Notes: generated by a model from the sequence alone, not told the origin. Positions 26,717 through 36,588 are shown, counted from the stretch's first letter. The stretch: 64,000 bases of DNA from Patescibacteria group bacterium (GCA_023379265.1 JAMCUI010000004.1:73273-137272); one strand, 5' to 3'. Numbers and translations: made by a program.

Positions 26717-28369
26717 ATGCATCAAGGCAATACCACTTTCAATACCGAAGAAATTGAAATCCACATAAGGACCTACCGGTCTCTCCTGAAATCTACCGGC
26801 GAGGTGGCAATAAACCAGCTTATTACCTCCCACAACAGCATGAAATCAATCCTTCATGAGAAAGGCAGTAAGGATGAGGTGGATATGTCAGCCTTCATAT
26901 ATGTACTTTTGCGTCTCCCTTTTTGCATGTCAAATGTAAAAAAAGTAATACTTGGCCAATCCTATGACGTCTTTGCCAACCACGGCTTTGGACAAATTAC
27001 CGGCTGGAAGATGGTTGCGGCACCGGGAAGAAGAAGGATGATGTATTTTGACGGAAGAGATACGCTTGCTGTTTATATCGCCTCAGTCACCGACGTAGAC
27101 GATCTTATTACTCTTCTTACGGCATTCCAGATAGAATGGAATAAATTCCACCAAAAGCTAAAAAATACCGGCGGCAATATAGAATCGGCCGCGGGAAAAA
27201 TTCTTGAGGAAGAAGACATTGAAAAAGTGAAAAACATATGGGGAGGCGATTATATAAAATTCCTGACCGCCATAAAATACAAAGAGGTCGATTTCACTGT
27301 CCGGCTCCTTGCCGGCTCCTATGTGGAGTATGCCAAATCCACACAGAAATGGTGGAACAATATTTCAGAAAATAATAAAGATTTGAGACTTGATAAAAGG
27401 CCTGTATATTTTATATCCAGCAATACACACTCCATCATCAATCTCCTGACCCGGTTTGTTGTCGGTGAAGAAAAGGGACTAATTGACTTTTTATATAAGA
27501 CAAAAGACGAAAACCTCATTTCGCTTTGGAGAGACATCGAGTCGGACAGGTCCAAAGTCAACCGGGAAAATTTTCTGTACTATATCGCCAAAAAATATGC
27601 CCGGATAAATCCTCCCCTTGTCAGAAAAAAGGCGGCCATGGAGAAAAAAATCGGCATCCGGCACATCGCTGCTTCCCACTATCTAGATATTGACGCGCAG
27701 GTGGTGGAATTCAGAAACCTGTCAAAACTGCAGCTCTCTCCTCAAATCGGAATAAACACCAAAAGTCTGGCTAAAAGTGACGCTGTAGCAGTCAACATCG
27801 ACTATCCTTTGGGCTGGGCAGCCTATCAGGTCCTGACAGAGATAGGCCAGAATGTCTCAAATGTCCGTGGAGTCTACATCATGGGTAAGGCCGCGACGTT
27901 AAACGGACAGATCGGTGACATCCTGTTACCAACCACTGTTTTTGACCAACATACAAAAAATATATACGTCTTTAATAATTCTTTTTCCGGTCGTGACTTT
28001 AAGAACATATTCAAAACCGGCCTGGTCCTTGACCACCAGAAAACCATTGCCGCCAAAGGTACATTTCTGGAAAACCGTGAGTTGATCAAGAAATGGTATA
28101 GAGAAGGTTATACTGCAATCGAAATGGAGTCCGGACCGTACCTCAACGCCATGTATGAATTTGTCTATTACAACCGCTATGCGGAAAACCAGTTTATAAA
28201 CCTGACGGATACTCCTTTTGATATCGGCATAGCACATTATGCCTCTGATACCCCTTATTCCAAAGCCAAAAACCTGGGAGTCAGGAATCTTTCATATGAA
28301 GGAGTCGAACCGACTTATGCGATTTCTTTGGCGATATTGAAGAAAATAATCGAAAAAGAAACGGGATAA
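26717..28369 (+). CDS. AMP nucleosidase-like protein: N-terminal regulatory-like domain + C-terminal PNP/UDP-phosphorylase family domain
   Basis: C-terminal VRGVYIMGKAATLNGQIGDILLP and TAIEMESGPYLNA resemble PNP_UDP_1 signatures; domain architecture and size resemble Amn. Confidence 0.5.
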   Translation: MHQGNTTFNTEEIEIHIRTYRSLLKSTGEVAINQLITSHNSMKSILHEKGSKDEVDMSAFIYVLLRLPFCMSNVKKVILGQSYDVFANHGFGQITGWKMVAAPGRRRMMYFDGRDTLAVYIASVTDVDDLITLLTAFQIEWNKFHQKLKNTGGNIESAAGKILEEEDIEKVKNIWGGDYIKFLTAIKYKEVDFTVRLLAGSYVEYAKSTQKWWNNISENNKDLRLDKRPVYFISSNTHSIINLLTRFVVGEEKGLIDFLYKTKDENLISLWRDIESDRSKVNRENFLYYIAKKYARINPPLVRKKAAMEKKIGIRHIAASHYLDIDAQVVEFRNLSKLQLSPQIGINTKSLAKSDAVAVNIDYPLGWAAYQVLTEIGQNVSNVRGVYIMGKAATLNGQIGDILLPTTVFDQHTKNIYVFNNSFSGRDFKNIFKTGLVLDHQKTIAAKGTFLENRELIKKWYREGYTAIEMESGPYLNAMYEFVYYNRYAENQFINLTDTPFDIGIAHYASDTPYSKAKNLGVRNLSYEGVEPTYAISLAILKKIIEKETG

Positions 28370-28390
28370 AAAGGAAATTGAAAAAAAGTG

Positions 28391-28993
28391 TCATATCTGG
28401 CTGAGTTCCGATTCTTTTTTCTCACGCAATACTTCGATCTCCGTCATCATCTCATCCGTAAGATTCTGGATTTCTTTTTCCAGCCTTTTATTGTCATCTT
28501 CGGAAATCTCTTTGGCCTCAAACCTGCGCTTCAAATCACTCATCGCCTCATGCCTCACTTGCCGTATCATGATCCGGCCCCCCTCAAGTTTCTCATGGGC
28601 CAGCTTTATGTACTCATCCCGCCGCTCGGCAGTAAGAGCTGGAATACTTATCCTTATAATCTGGCTGTCAACTGCGGCGGTAAAACCCAAATTGGCAGCG
28701 TTAATCCCCCGCTCTATATCCTGTATGACTGAAGGGTCAAACGGTGCGATAATTATCATCCGGGGACCATCAGTGGTAATTGTCGCCATCTCTTTGAGCT
28801 TTAGATGTTGGGTGTTGTCGTAAGCGGAAATCACTACGTTTTCCACCAATGCCGGAGTTGCTCTTCCCGTCCGTATAGTCCCCAAATCTTCGGTAATGAC
28901 GTGGATAGCCTTCATCATCTGGTCTTTAACTGAACTTATCACTTGCTGGTCCATTTCAACATTACAATAACATACTTCCTTCCTTAAACTCAA
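28391..28993 (-). CDS. frr: ribosome recycling factor
   Basis: RRF pattern ...RIPALTAERRDEYIK...IRQVRHEAMSDLKR...; start may be internal (MDQQ...). Confidence 0.85.
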   Translation of the reverse strand: MSLRKEVCYCNVEMDQQVISSVKDQMMKAIHVITEDLGTIRTGRATPALVENVVISAYDNTQHLKLKEMATITTDGPRMIIIAPFDPSVIQDIERGINAANLGFTAAVDSQIIRISIPALTAERRDEYIKLAHEKLEGGRIMIRQVRHEAMSDLKRRFEAKEISEDDNKRLEKEIQNLTDEMMTEIEVLREKKESELSQI

Positions 28994-29079
28994 TACCGTA
29001 TACTAAACTAGAAAGAAAATTATTAATATCCAATTTTTAATTTCTAATCAATGTTTAATTTCCAATGACTTAAACTCAA

Positions 29080-29451
29080 ATGAAGTACGATTTGGAAGAA
29101 AGGACGGCCGGATTTGGAGAGAGAATTATTGATTTTGCTAAAAAAGTCAAAAAAGATAATGTTTTTCTCTCAATTGTTATTCAATCAGTACGTTCCGGGA
29201 CAAGTATCGGTGCAAATTATAGTGAAGCGAATCAAGCCAGTTCTAAAAGAGATTTCCGGAATAAAATCTATATATGTAAAAAGGAGGCAAATGAAACAAA
29301 ATACTGGCTGCGAATGCTAGCCAAAACCTTTCCTGACAAAAAACTTGAATGCCGGATTCTCTGGAAGGAAGCGCATGAATTGACTTTGATTTTTTCAAAG
29401 ATTTTGTCCTCCTCAAAAAAAACGATTAATAATAAAATTTCTAATTTATAA
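29080..29451 (+). CDS. four-helix-bundle protein (23S rRNA intervening-sequence protein family)
   Basis: ~120 aa with SIVIQSVRSGTSIGANYSEA ... ICKKEANETKYWLRML hallmark. Confidence 0.75.
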   Translation: MKYDLEERTAGFGERIIDFAKKVKKDNVFLSIVIQSVRSGTSIGANYSEANQASSKRDFRNKIYICKKEANETKYWLRMLAKTFPDKKLECRILWKEAHELTLIFSKILSSSKKTINNKISNL

Positions 29452-29572
29452 ATCTTAATCTTAATCAAACACAAATTTCAAATGAATAAATTTTAAAACA
29501 TTAATGCAATAATAAATTGGAAATTGATTAAAAATTAGAAATTATAAATTAAAAATTGTAAATTATAACTAT

Positions 29573-32056
29573 ATGGCCGAAAACAAAGTTGTCCTTGAGC
29601 TTCGCACGCCAAAAACGGCTGAGGAAACACCAGGCTCTATGGAGCAGGTCTTTGCCGCGCTTTTTTCAGGCGGTCATATCCCCCACTGGAAAAGGCTCTG
29701 GATAAAGGTGCGCACTCTTTCTTTTGAAATCGCGAGCTTTAACCAGACCATCCATTTTTACTCGGTAGTACCGGAATCTTTCAGGACGTTTATCGAAAGC
29801 CAGCTGACCAGCCAATACCCCAAAATACTTATAACAAAAGTACCCGATTATATCGGCGAAATTACCAGGTCCCCGTTTCTTGCTGTAGGCAACCTGCAGC
29901 TGGCGCATGCTTTTTACTATCCCATCAAGACTTTTTCCGAGTTCAAAGAACTGGATCCTATGTCCTCAATCATCGGTGTCTTGTCCAAACTCTCACCTTT
30001 GCAAAAAGCCCTCATCCAGATAGTGATTGAGCCTCCGCACTTTAACTGGCAGGGAATGGTGACAAGGATGATTGAGCGCGGCATTCCTGACCCCACCCCA
30101 ACCGCTCCTGATAAAACCAAATCCTTCCCGCACGCGTCAATTATCGAGACCAAACTGAAAAATACCGGATACCGCACTTATATCAGGCTACTCGTAGGAG
30201 GAGAGACTGACAAGGAGGCCAAAAGTCTCATGTTCAACCTGGCCGGTTCCTTTGGCGCCTTTGCCCTGGGAGAAGGCAACCGGATAATTCTCAGGCGCCC
30301 ACGGCTGTTCTTTAAGAAAGTCATATTTAACCGCATCATAAAGCGCGAAAAAAGCCACTTTCCCCGTCACCAAATCTTTAATACCGCAGAACTGGCTACC
30401 ATCTTCCATCCGCCCACCATGCTTTTGGCAGGCATAAAAAATATCGCCTGGGGCAGATCTCTTGTCGGTGAGCCTCCGCAAAATCTGCCCGTTGCCCTGG
30501 GTGCCACAGAGGAACAAAAAAGCCAAATCAACTTCTTTGCCAAAGCAGAGTTTAAGAACTCCCTTACTACATTTGGTGTGAAGAAAGAAGATAGACGGAA
30601 ACACGTGTATGTCATCGGGAAAACGGGTACCGGGAAATCCACCATGATTGCCAACCTGGCTATAAATGACATGAGAAACCGCGAGGGCCTGGCGGTTGTC
30701 GACCCCCACGGCGATCTGTCTGAAATACTCCTTCACTATGTTCCCTCATACAGAATAAACGATGTAGTTTATCTGGAACCGTTTAATCAAGACCGTCCCT
30801 TCTGGATAAATCCGCTGGAAGTCAAAAATCCGGTCCACCGAGAACTGGTTGCATCCGGCATCGTCTCTATTTTCTCCAAATTATACGCTTACTCATGGGG
30901 ACCGAGGCTGGAGTATATTCTGAGAAATGTCATCCTCACGCTTCTGGAATATCCAAATGCCACCCTCACTATGGCCCTGGACCTTCTGGCCGACCAGAAC
31001 TTCCGACAGGGAGTCCTACTAAAGGTCCAGGATAGAGTACTCCAAAACTTCTGGCATAACGAATTTGACAAGATGCACCCCAGGCTAAAAAGCGAAGCAA
31101 TTGCGCCTATCCAAAACAAAGTCGGCCAGTTTGTCCAGTCCCCGACTATCAGACAGATCATAGGCCATTCCTCCTCAACTATTGATCTTGAAGACATCAT
31201 GAACCAGGGAAAAATACTGATACTAAATCTCGCCCAGGGGAAACTCGGCGAGGACAATGCTGCGCTTCTGGGGGCAATGTTTATCACCAAGATGCAGCTT
31301 GCGGCCATGAACCGGGTAAACATGCCTGAAGCCGAAAGGAAGGATTTTTACCTTTACGTGGACGAGTTCCAGAATTTTGCTACTTCATCTTTTATAAAAA
31401 TACTTTCCGAAGCCAGAAAATACAGACTGGACCTTATCCTGGCCAACCAGTATATAGGCCAGCTTGAAGAGACAGTGCAAAAAGCCATTTTCGGCAATGC
31501 CGGCACACTCATTTCCTTTGTTATTGGAGCCCAGGATGCCGCGGCAATAAGTAAGGAATTCGGCCAGTGGTATAAAGAGGAAGATTTAGTTAACTTAGGT
31601 TCATACCAGATAGTCATTAAACTTGCTATCGACAACCTCACTTCACTTCCCTTCCATGCCGTCACACTCCCCTTACCCAAAAGTGTCAATCAAAATAGAG
31701 ATAAGGTAGTCAGATTGTCGCTTGAAAGATACACGAAAAACGCGGATCCAACGCTTAGCGCGCTTAGGCAAACCCCTGCTTCCGCGGTACTTCCCAAACC
31801 GCAAACAGCCAGTTTTACCCAGACTCCTTCCCAACAAGCTCCTCCTGTCAAAAATACTCCAGAGACAAGTACTTCCACTAGTCTTCCCCAAGAGACAACG
31901 AGTACTTCCGCCAAGATATCTCGTCTTCCCCATCCGCAAACCAAAAAACAGCCAAAACCGGCCAAAGATACACCAAACACTTCACAGCCTGTTAATTCCA
32001 ATCCTACTAACCAATCCAACCAAACCAGCCAGACAAACACAAACCGTTCACAATAA
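29573..32056 (+). CDS. P-loop ATPase of the FtsK/HerA/TraD-VirD4 superfamily (type IV coupling-protein-like) with ~140-aa Pro/Thr/Gln-rich C-terminal tail
   Basis: Walker A VIGKTGTGKST, VVDPHGDL (TraG/VirD4-type motif), Walker B FYLYVDEFQNF; no N-terminal TM helices; GC content visibly above host genes. Confidence 0.5.
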   Translation: MAENKVVLELRTPKTAEETPGSMEQVFAALFSGGHIPHWKRLWIKVRTLSFEIASFNQTIHFYSVVPESFRTFIESQLTSQYPKILITKVPDYIGEITRSPFLAVGNLQLAHAFYYPIKTFSEFKELDPMSSIIGVLSKLSPLQKALIQIVIEPPHFNWQGMVTRMIERGIPDPTPTAPDKTKSFPHASIIETKLKNTGYRTYIRLLVGGETDKEAKSLMFNLAGSFGAFALGEGNRIILRRPRLFFKKVIFNRIIKREKSHFPRHQIFNTAELATIFHPPTMLLAGIKNIAWGRSLVGEPPQNLPVALGATEEQKSQINFFAKAEFKNSLTTFGVKKEDRRKHVYVIGKTGTGKSTMIANLAINDMRNREGLAVVDPHGDLSEILLHYVPSYRINDVVYLEPFNQDRPFWINPLEVKNPVHRELVASGIVSIFSKLYAYSWGPRLEYILRNVILTLLEYPNATLTMALDLLADQNFRQGVLLKVQDRVLQNFWHNEFDKMHPRLKSEAIAPIQNKVGQFVQSPTIRQIIGHSSSTIDLEDIMNQGKILILNLAQGKLGEDNAALLGAMFITKMQLAAMNRVNMPEAERKDFYLYVDEFQNFATSSFIKILSEARKYRLDLILANQYIGQLEETVQKAIFGNAGTLISFVIGAQDAAAISKEFGQWYKEEDLVNLGSYQIVIKLAIDNLTSLPFHAVTLPLPKSVNQNRDKVVRLSLERYTKNADPTLSALRQTPASAVLPKPQTASFTQTPSQQAPPVKNTPETSTSTSLPQETTSTSAKISRLPHPQTKKQPKPAKDTPNTSQPVNSNPTNQSNQTSQTNTNRSQ

Positions 32057-32105
32057 ATACCCAAACAGCTTCAATTGAACAATTTATTTACTCTATGAAA
32101 AATAA

Positions 32106-32351
32106 TTATTGGATTGGAGGTAGATTAAGATGATCTTCTATTCGTTCGTCACGTTTACGAAGATCCAGATATTCGGTATCAAAAAACTCAGCAATTATAC
32201 TAACATCTTTACGTATTTTCGTATTGTCTTTTTTAATTATTTTTACCTCTGAATTCAATACTTGTAAATCCCTCTTGATGGGGTGGAGCTCTTCCTTGAT
32301 AAATTTCATTAAGGAATTTCTTAAAGACAGAATATCAATTTTTGTCAGCAT
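32106..32351 (-). CDS. small coiled-coil protein, paralog of 44546..44809
   Basis: 81 aa; shares MLTK.DL start and DFFD.EYLD.R.R.ERIE.HLNL.P.Q end with the 87-aa paralog. Confidence 0.55.
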   Translation of the reverse strand: MLTKIDILSLRNSLMKFIKEELHPIKRDLQVLNSEVKIIKKDNTKIRKDVSIIAEFFDTEYLDLRKRDERIEDHLNLPPIQ

Positions 32352-32388
32352 ATAACGACATATTAGGCTATGAAATAAATACTGTCAA
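32352..32388 (-). promoter_or_regulatory. sigma70-type promoter TTGACA-17-TAATAT, ending 8 nt before the ATG (leaderless or near-leaderless transcript)
   Basis: Reverse complement of 32360-32365 = TAATAT, of 32383-32388 = TTGACA, spacer 17. Confidence 0.55.
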
Positions 32389-32513
32389 CAACAAACACTC
32401 ATTATAACCCTATAACAAAACTATGACTTTATCATATATTCTACTATTTAATTATGGCTTTATGATATAAATATAAAAAAATCAATACTTTATTACCTCT
32501 TATTTAGTCAAGA

Positions 32514-32542
32514 TTGACAATCCTATAATTTAGTGGTATAGT
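32514..32542 (+). promoter_or_regulatory. sigma70-type promoter TTGACA-17-TATAGT reading rightward into a 640-nt non-coding leader
   Basis: Read directly. Confidence 0.4.
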
Positions 32543-32680
32543 TCGCGTCACGTTTCAGAAAAGCTTATTATTGTAGTATAAAATACAAAATATGCAGACA
32601 TCCGGAAAAATAAAATTTAACTTCCTGTTTTCCATAAAAAGAATTTTTGTCGTTCTTTTTATCTAAGTCAGGGAGTTTTT

Positions 32681-32775
32681 TGTGGCAAAACTAAACTCCC
32701 AAACTGAAGAAAAAGGGAGTTTTTTGTGGCAAAACTAAACTCCCAAACTGAAGAAAAAGGGAGTTTTTTGTGAGA
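32681..32775. repeat. Tandem repeat, ~44-bp unit x ~2.5; each unit contains a hairpin gggagtttt...aaactccc
   Basis: gggagttttttgtggcaaaactaaactcccaaactgaagaaaaa repeated without spacers. Confidence 0.85.
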
Positions 32776-33179
32776 AGTGAAACGACGAATCTGTTTGTGA
32801 AGGACTACCGGCTTTATTAAGATTTTGGTTAAAGGTAAATATTCTGCCCAAGATTTTTTGTCTTGGGTTTTTTTGCACTTTAACAAAAAGTGTCCCGTAT
32901 CTTTTTGTGACGGTTACACAATTTGCGTGTATTTATGTCTAAAAAGAGAGGAACACTTATCTTCCTGTGTTTAGAAAGTAACTTTTCCTCGCTTTGTTTC
33001 CCCGGACGTAACCGGCATTTTGGGCCTATAAATTGATGGACTCAAAATGACGGTTACGTTCATTATCTTTCATCGCAGAAACCAATTCACGCAGTAAAGG
33101 AGGAAAAGCACACAACAATCAAACAATCGTTATCCATCGAGATCGAAAAAATCGTATGTATGCCAAATGGAGGTAAACC

Positions 33180-34007
33180 ATGGCAAAGAAAGAAAAACCC
33201 ACCAACCACACGAAATGGTTCTGGTGGTTCTGGTTCCTGTTCTGCATCGTGGTCCTTGGCGGCATGGGACTCTGGGAGATCGCAAACCTCATCTTTTCGA
33301 AAAACGGCATTCAAGACATAGTGTTTGGAATGTCCGCCAACGACGACTTTGCGAATCTCCTGGGCTGGAGCGGCGCGGTCTTCTTCAGTTTCAACGAATT
33401 CCTGCCGTTCCTGGTCCTACTACTGCCCCCCGTGCGCAAGTACTTTGACAAGTGGTACAAGTGGGCGGCGATCATTGCCCTCTCCATCGTGCTCGGGTGG
33501 ATTCCCGACATCGGCAGCACGTATCTCGACATTTCGAGCCACACCGAGTACTGGAGCACGTTGGGACAGAACAAACTCATGACGACCGAGATGGTGATGG
33601 GGACCAAAATCCTCTTCAGCATCATCCTCGCCAACATGGAGCCGCTCATCGGCTTGAACATGATCCTCATCTCCGCACTATGGGAGAAGATGCATCATCT
33701 CGACGGCGATACTGTCGAGCCGCTTGAAGAACTCGAAGAGCTGATGCCCATTCTCGCAAAACTCGTCGAGGACGAGGAACTTGACGAAGAAGATGAAACA
33801 TTCATCAAGGGCGTGCTCGGCAAAGGCGAAGACGATGAACTCACAGCCAAAGATTTGAAGAAACTCCCCGGTAAGATCGAGGGCATCGCGGAAGCGGCTG
33901 AAAGCGCCAACGAGGGAGTCGAAAAACTCGTCGAACACCTCAAGGAAAAAGAGGAAGAAGAAGGCGACGAAGAGGACGACGAGGACAACGAAGACGAAGA
34001 GGATTAA
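33180..34007 (+). CDS. hypothetical multi-TM membrane protein with poly-acidic C-terminal tail
   Basis: Strong SD GGAGGT; hydrophobic segments; C-terminus EEEGDEEDDEDNEDEED; GC-rich. Confidence 0.5.
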   Translation: MAKKEKPTNHTKWFWWFWFLFCIVVLGGMGLWEIANLIFSKNGIQDIVFGMSANDDFANLLGWSGAVFFSFNEFLPFLVLLLPPVRKYFDKWYKWAAIIALSIVLGWIPDIGSTYLDISSHTEYWSTLGQNKLMTTEMVMGTKILFSIILANMEPLIGLNMILISALWEKMHHLDGDTVEPLEELEELMPILAKLVEDEELDEEDETFIKGVLGKGEDDELTAKDLKKLPGKIEGIAEAAESANEGVEKLVEHLKEKEEEEGDEEDDEDNEDEED

Positions 34008-34305
34008 CGTCTCTCTCTGCGCCTTTTGGGCGCGTCATGCCAAACACAGGAAGAGCGGGGGGCTGAAGAAAGCTTCAAAGAAGATGCACCGGCACAATAT
34101 GTGCAGGTTTGAACACCGTAACAGGTGCATCTATCTTGATTCTTTTCTCAGTCCCCCGTTTTTCCATTTCAGTATTTGTCCTGGGACAAGATGAATTTTT
34201 CGTTTTTACCGAGGACAAATATGGACAAATCTGTTCTCAATTTTTCTCTGCCAGACAGCCGGTAAAAGCTCCGGTTTTTTCTGGTGGGAAAAAGCTCTTT
34301 AACAG

Positions 34306-34425
34306 TTGAATGATAACGGATAAATGGTTATATGGAGTAGTTCGTATCCTTCAAATTCGTTTGGCGCGAGAGAAAGAGAAGCCAATTTCTGGTTGACTTT
34401 TCTTTTTCTCAAGCGTCAGATGAAA
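34306..34425 (+). promoter_or_regulatory. Repeat family A copy 1: conserved ttgaatgataacgga box, long imperfect hairpin (gcgagagaaagagaag/cttttctttttctcaagcg), conserved cgtcagatgaa, then SD
   Basis: Three copies share identical flanks; see copies at 35160 and 36958. Confidence 0.75.
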
Positions 34426-34451
34426 ATCGCAAAAAGAAAGGAAGGTCTGCC

Positions 34452-34910
34452 ATGTACATTTGCGGATGGGAAGAATTCGGTACACTTCCCTACAAGGACC
34501 AGGCAGAGATATTACGCGTGATAAATCAACAGGAAAGTATAAGTGTCTATGGCGGAATGAATGAGTTTTTCGAACTTGTTGAAAGGCTGATACCACAACA
34601 CCTGGAGTGGGTCGAGACGTATTGCAGCAACGCCCAAACTTTCAACAAAATAAAAAGAAGATACGATCTTGAGGAAATCGAGGCAATGCTGGAAGGATTG
34701 ATCCCTCCCGCAAATCCCGCACTCATGCCACCGCCAAAACCAAAACCCATGCCTGTATATACTCCTGTTGTTAAGAAGAGAGTTCACAAAACTTCCAAAC
34801 CCAGCCGTCATCGGATTCACCGATTGCGAAAGAGCAAAAATCGCAAGAAGAAATCCTGGATAGGAAGGATTGTGGGGAAAGGAAAAAAATTCCTTTCATC
34901 TTTCTTTTGA
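34452..34910 (+). CDS. hypothetical protein with Pro-rich middle and highly basic C-terminus
   Basis: SD AAGGAAGG; intact 152-aa ORF; no recognisable domain. Confidence 0.45.
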   Translation: MYICGWEEFGTLPYKDQAEILRVINQQESISVYGGMNEFFELVERLIPQHLEWVETYCSNAQTFNKIKRRYDLEEIEAMLEGLIPPANPALMPPPKPKPMPVYTPVVKKRVHKTSKPSRHRIHRLRKSKNRKKKSWIGRIVGKGKKFLSSFF

Positions 34911-35025
34911 AAACCGTTATCGTTCCCAGCTTGCATATTGGGTTTCTGCCCGAAGAGGGTGCTGGACGCCTGGTCCATCACAAAAATTCAAACCCTCTAA
35001 ATTGCACGTCTTGTCCTTAAATTTT

Positions 35026-35150
35026 TTGAGGACTGGACCTGACAGACAACATCTGTTGTCTGGAAATGATTATGGACTATATTTTTGAAATAAGTTCTTC
35101 AATATAGCCTCACAAATTGCGTGGGGTTTATTTTGATGGAATTTATCGCT
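35026..35150 (+). repeat. Repeat family B/C copy 1: gaggactggacc, hairpin cagacaacatctgttgtctg, gattatgga, then G/C hairpin + T-run
   Basis: Aligns with 36841-36957 and 39455-39590. Confidence 0.7.
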
Positions 35151-35159
35151 CTTTAACAG

Positions 35160-35263
35160 TTGAATGATAACGGAAATTATTCTCCTTCTGTTTCGTCTGG
35201 CGTGAGAGAATCAGTACCTAAACCACTCACTTGGGTTCTGTTTCTCTCAACCGCCAGATGAAG
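35160..35263 (+). promoter_or_regulatory. Repeat family A copy 2
   Basis: ttgaatgataacgga ... gcgtgagagaatcagtaccta / gggttctgtttctctcaaccgccagatgaag. Confidence 0.75.
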
Positions 35264-35394
35264 TAAATCCAAATCAGAAAGGAGATGGTAAAAGCAAAAA
35301 AAACTAATCGGCGCAAGAGAATGTACTGTAGTATCCGGAAGACAAAACCAAAAACCAACATGTTTTCCGGTATCTCTGATCGGAGGAAAAGATC

Positions 35395-36141
35395 ATGAAA
35401 GTGAAAGTATTTCTTGCAACGCAACTTGACGCCTCGCAAAGAAAAGCATTGTACGACGCGGTAGTCAAGTTCGCAAAGGACTTGGATCTCGAATCGTTCG
35501 AGGACATGTCCAAGTTCCATGAGTACATGGGCAATGCCGTTGACGACAAGATCGCAGGCGCTGTCAAAGGGACAATCACCACGGTCAAGAAATTGGAACT
35601 CTTGGTTGAAGCCGCAGAAGATAACTGGCAGCCGGAAGAGAAAACCGCGCCCGAAAAGCAGGAACCCAAATCGTCCGCGTCACCCACGCGCACAGCGGCA
35701 AAAGACCGCGCGGGGCGGCAACGGCGGATCGTGTTTCTCGTCGCAGCGGCGGCGGTCGTCCTGGTCGTCGTCTGCATCGGCATTGTCTTCTCGGGAGTTC
35801 TCGGTGGCGGAACCAGCAGCGCGACCAGCACGCTCACGCCAGCCGCACTCACGCCAATGTCAAACGCAGCGCCGAAAACTCCGGCTTCCAGCGGCTTGAA
35901 AATTCAGTCGGCACCAACCCCTCGCGGATTCTGCGAGCCGGGCACCAAAGTGCCGGCGGGACTGCCGCTCTACCGGATCACTTCGCCGGTAAACTCTGCC
36001 GTTCCCACGTGGGGCTTGACCGGCGGAAAAACCACCGACAACCAGACTTTCACAACCGGTTGGCAATCGGCTGAAAACGGCACAGTACGCATGTGCGCCG
36101 TGTCCAACAGCCCGTACGCAGTCCGTATTCCGGTGAAATAG
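35395..36141 (+). CDS. hypothetical protein with central TM helix and Ser/Thr/Pro-rich extracellular region
   Basis: SD GGAGG; TM segment IVFLVAAAAVVLVVVCIGIVF; GC-rich. Confidence 0.45.
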   Translation: MKVKVFLATQLDASQRKALYDAVVKFAKDLDLESFEDMSKFHEYMGNAVDDKIAGAVKGTITTVKKLELLVEAAEDNWQPEEKTAPEKQEPKSSASPTRTAAKDRAGRQRRIVFLVAAAAVVLVVVCIGIVFSGVLGGGTSSATSTLTPAALTPMSNAAPKTPASSGLKIQSAPTPRGFCEPGTKVPAGLPLYRITSPVNSAVPTWGLTGGKTTDNQTFTTGWQSAENGTVRMCAVSNSPYAVRIPVK

Positions 36142-36150
36142 GAGAAGAAC

Positions 36151-36588
36151 ATGACAACGCAAATCTTGCGAAAGAGAAAGACGTGGCTCGATGGGCACCC
36201 GCGCGCAAAGGCGTTCTGGCAACAAGTCCAACGCCACTGGCGGGTCGGCTCAAGCATCTTTGCTCTGGCGATCATCGCGTGGATTGGTGTCATGTACATC
36301 GCGGTTCCCATGGCTCACTTTGCGACGATCAGCGTGCCCAACCCCAACGACACCGCGTGTTCACTCGGAAACACCACGAACTCTGTGGTGTTCATGAAAT
36401 TTACTCCGAGCGGTACATTGCGTATCCACGGTAAGGTCGGCGCGAACCGTCTGGACTGGAACGAACCATTAGCACCCCTTGGCTATACTTGGACTAGCAA
36501 CAACATCCTGCCATGGGTCGGCTATTGGGAGCCGAACACCATCAAACCATGCACTGAAGCGCAAACTGCAATGACCGGCGGGCACTAG
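36151..36588 (+). CDS. hypothetical membrane-anchored protein
   Basis: SD AGGAG 10 nt after previous stop (operon with 35395 gene); TM helix SSIFALAIIAWIGVMYIAV. Confidence 0.45.
   Translation: MTTQILRKRKTWLDGHPRAKAFWQQVQRHWRVGSSIFALAIIAWIGVMYIAVPMAHFATISVPNPNDTACSLGNTTNSVVFMKFTPSGTLRIHGKVGANRLDWNEPLAPLGYTWTSNNILPWVGYWEPNTIKPCTEAQTAMTGGH

Noticed and set aside
30188-32064. Multiple minus-strand ORFs (e.g. 30188..30736, 30889..31323, 31354..31689, 31690..32064) inside the ATPase gene
   Set aside because: They are antisense to a well-supported long CDS with Walker motifs. They are typical spurious ORFs in GC-elevated DNA.
32681-32775. Tandem hairpin repeats considered as a CRISPR array
   Set aside because: Units are contiguous and identical, including the inter-hairpin 14 nt. 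There are no unique spacers and no cas genes nearby.
33311-33988. Minus-strand ORFs 33311..33670, 33678..33938 and 33695..33988 (the last Ser-rich)
   Set aside because: These are antisense artefacts inside the 33180..34007 gene; the Ser-rich one sits opposite the GA-rich acidic-tail coding region (the Ser codons are the reverse complement of Glu/Asp codons).
35304-36311. Minus-strand ORFs overlapping the 35395..36141 and 36151..36588 genes
   Set aside because: High-GC antisense frames without SD; the plus-strand genes have SDs, TM helices and operon spacing.
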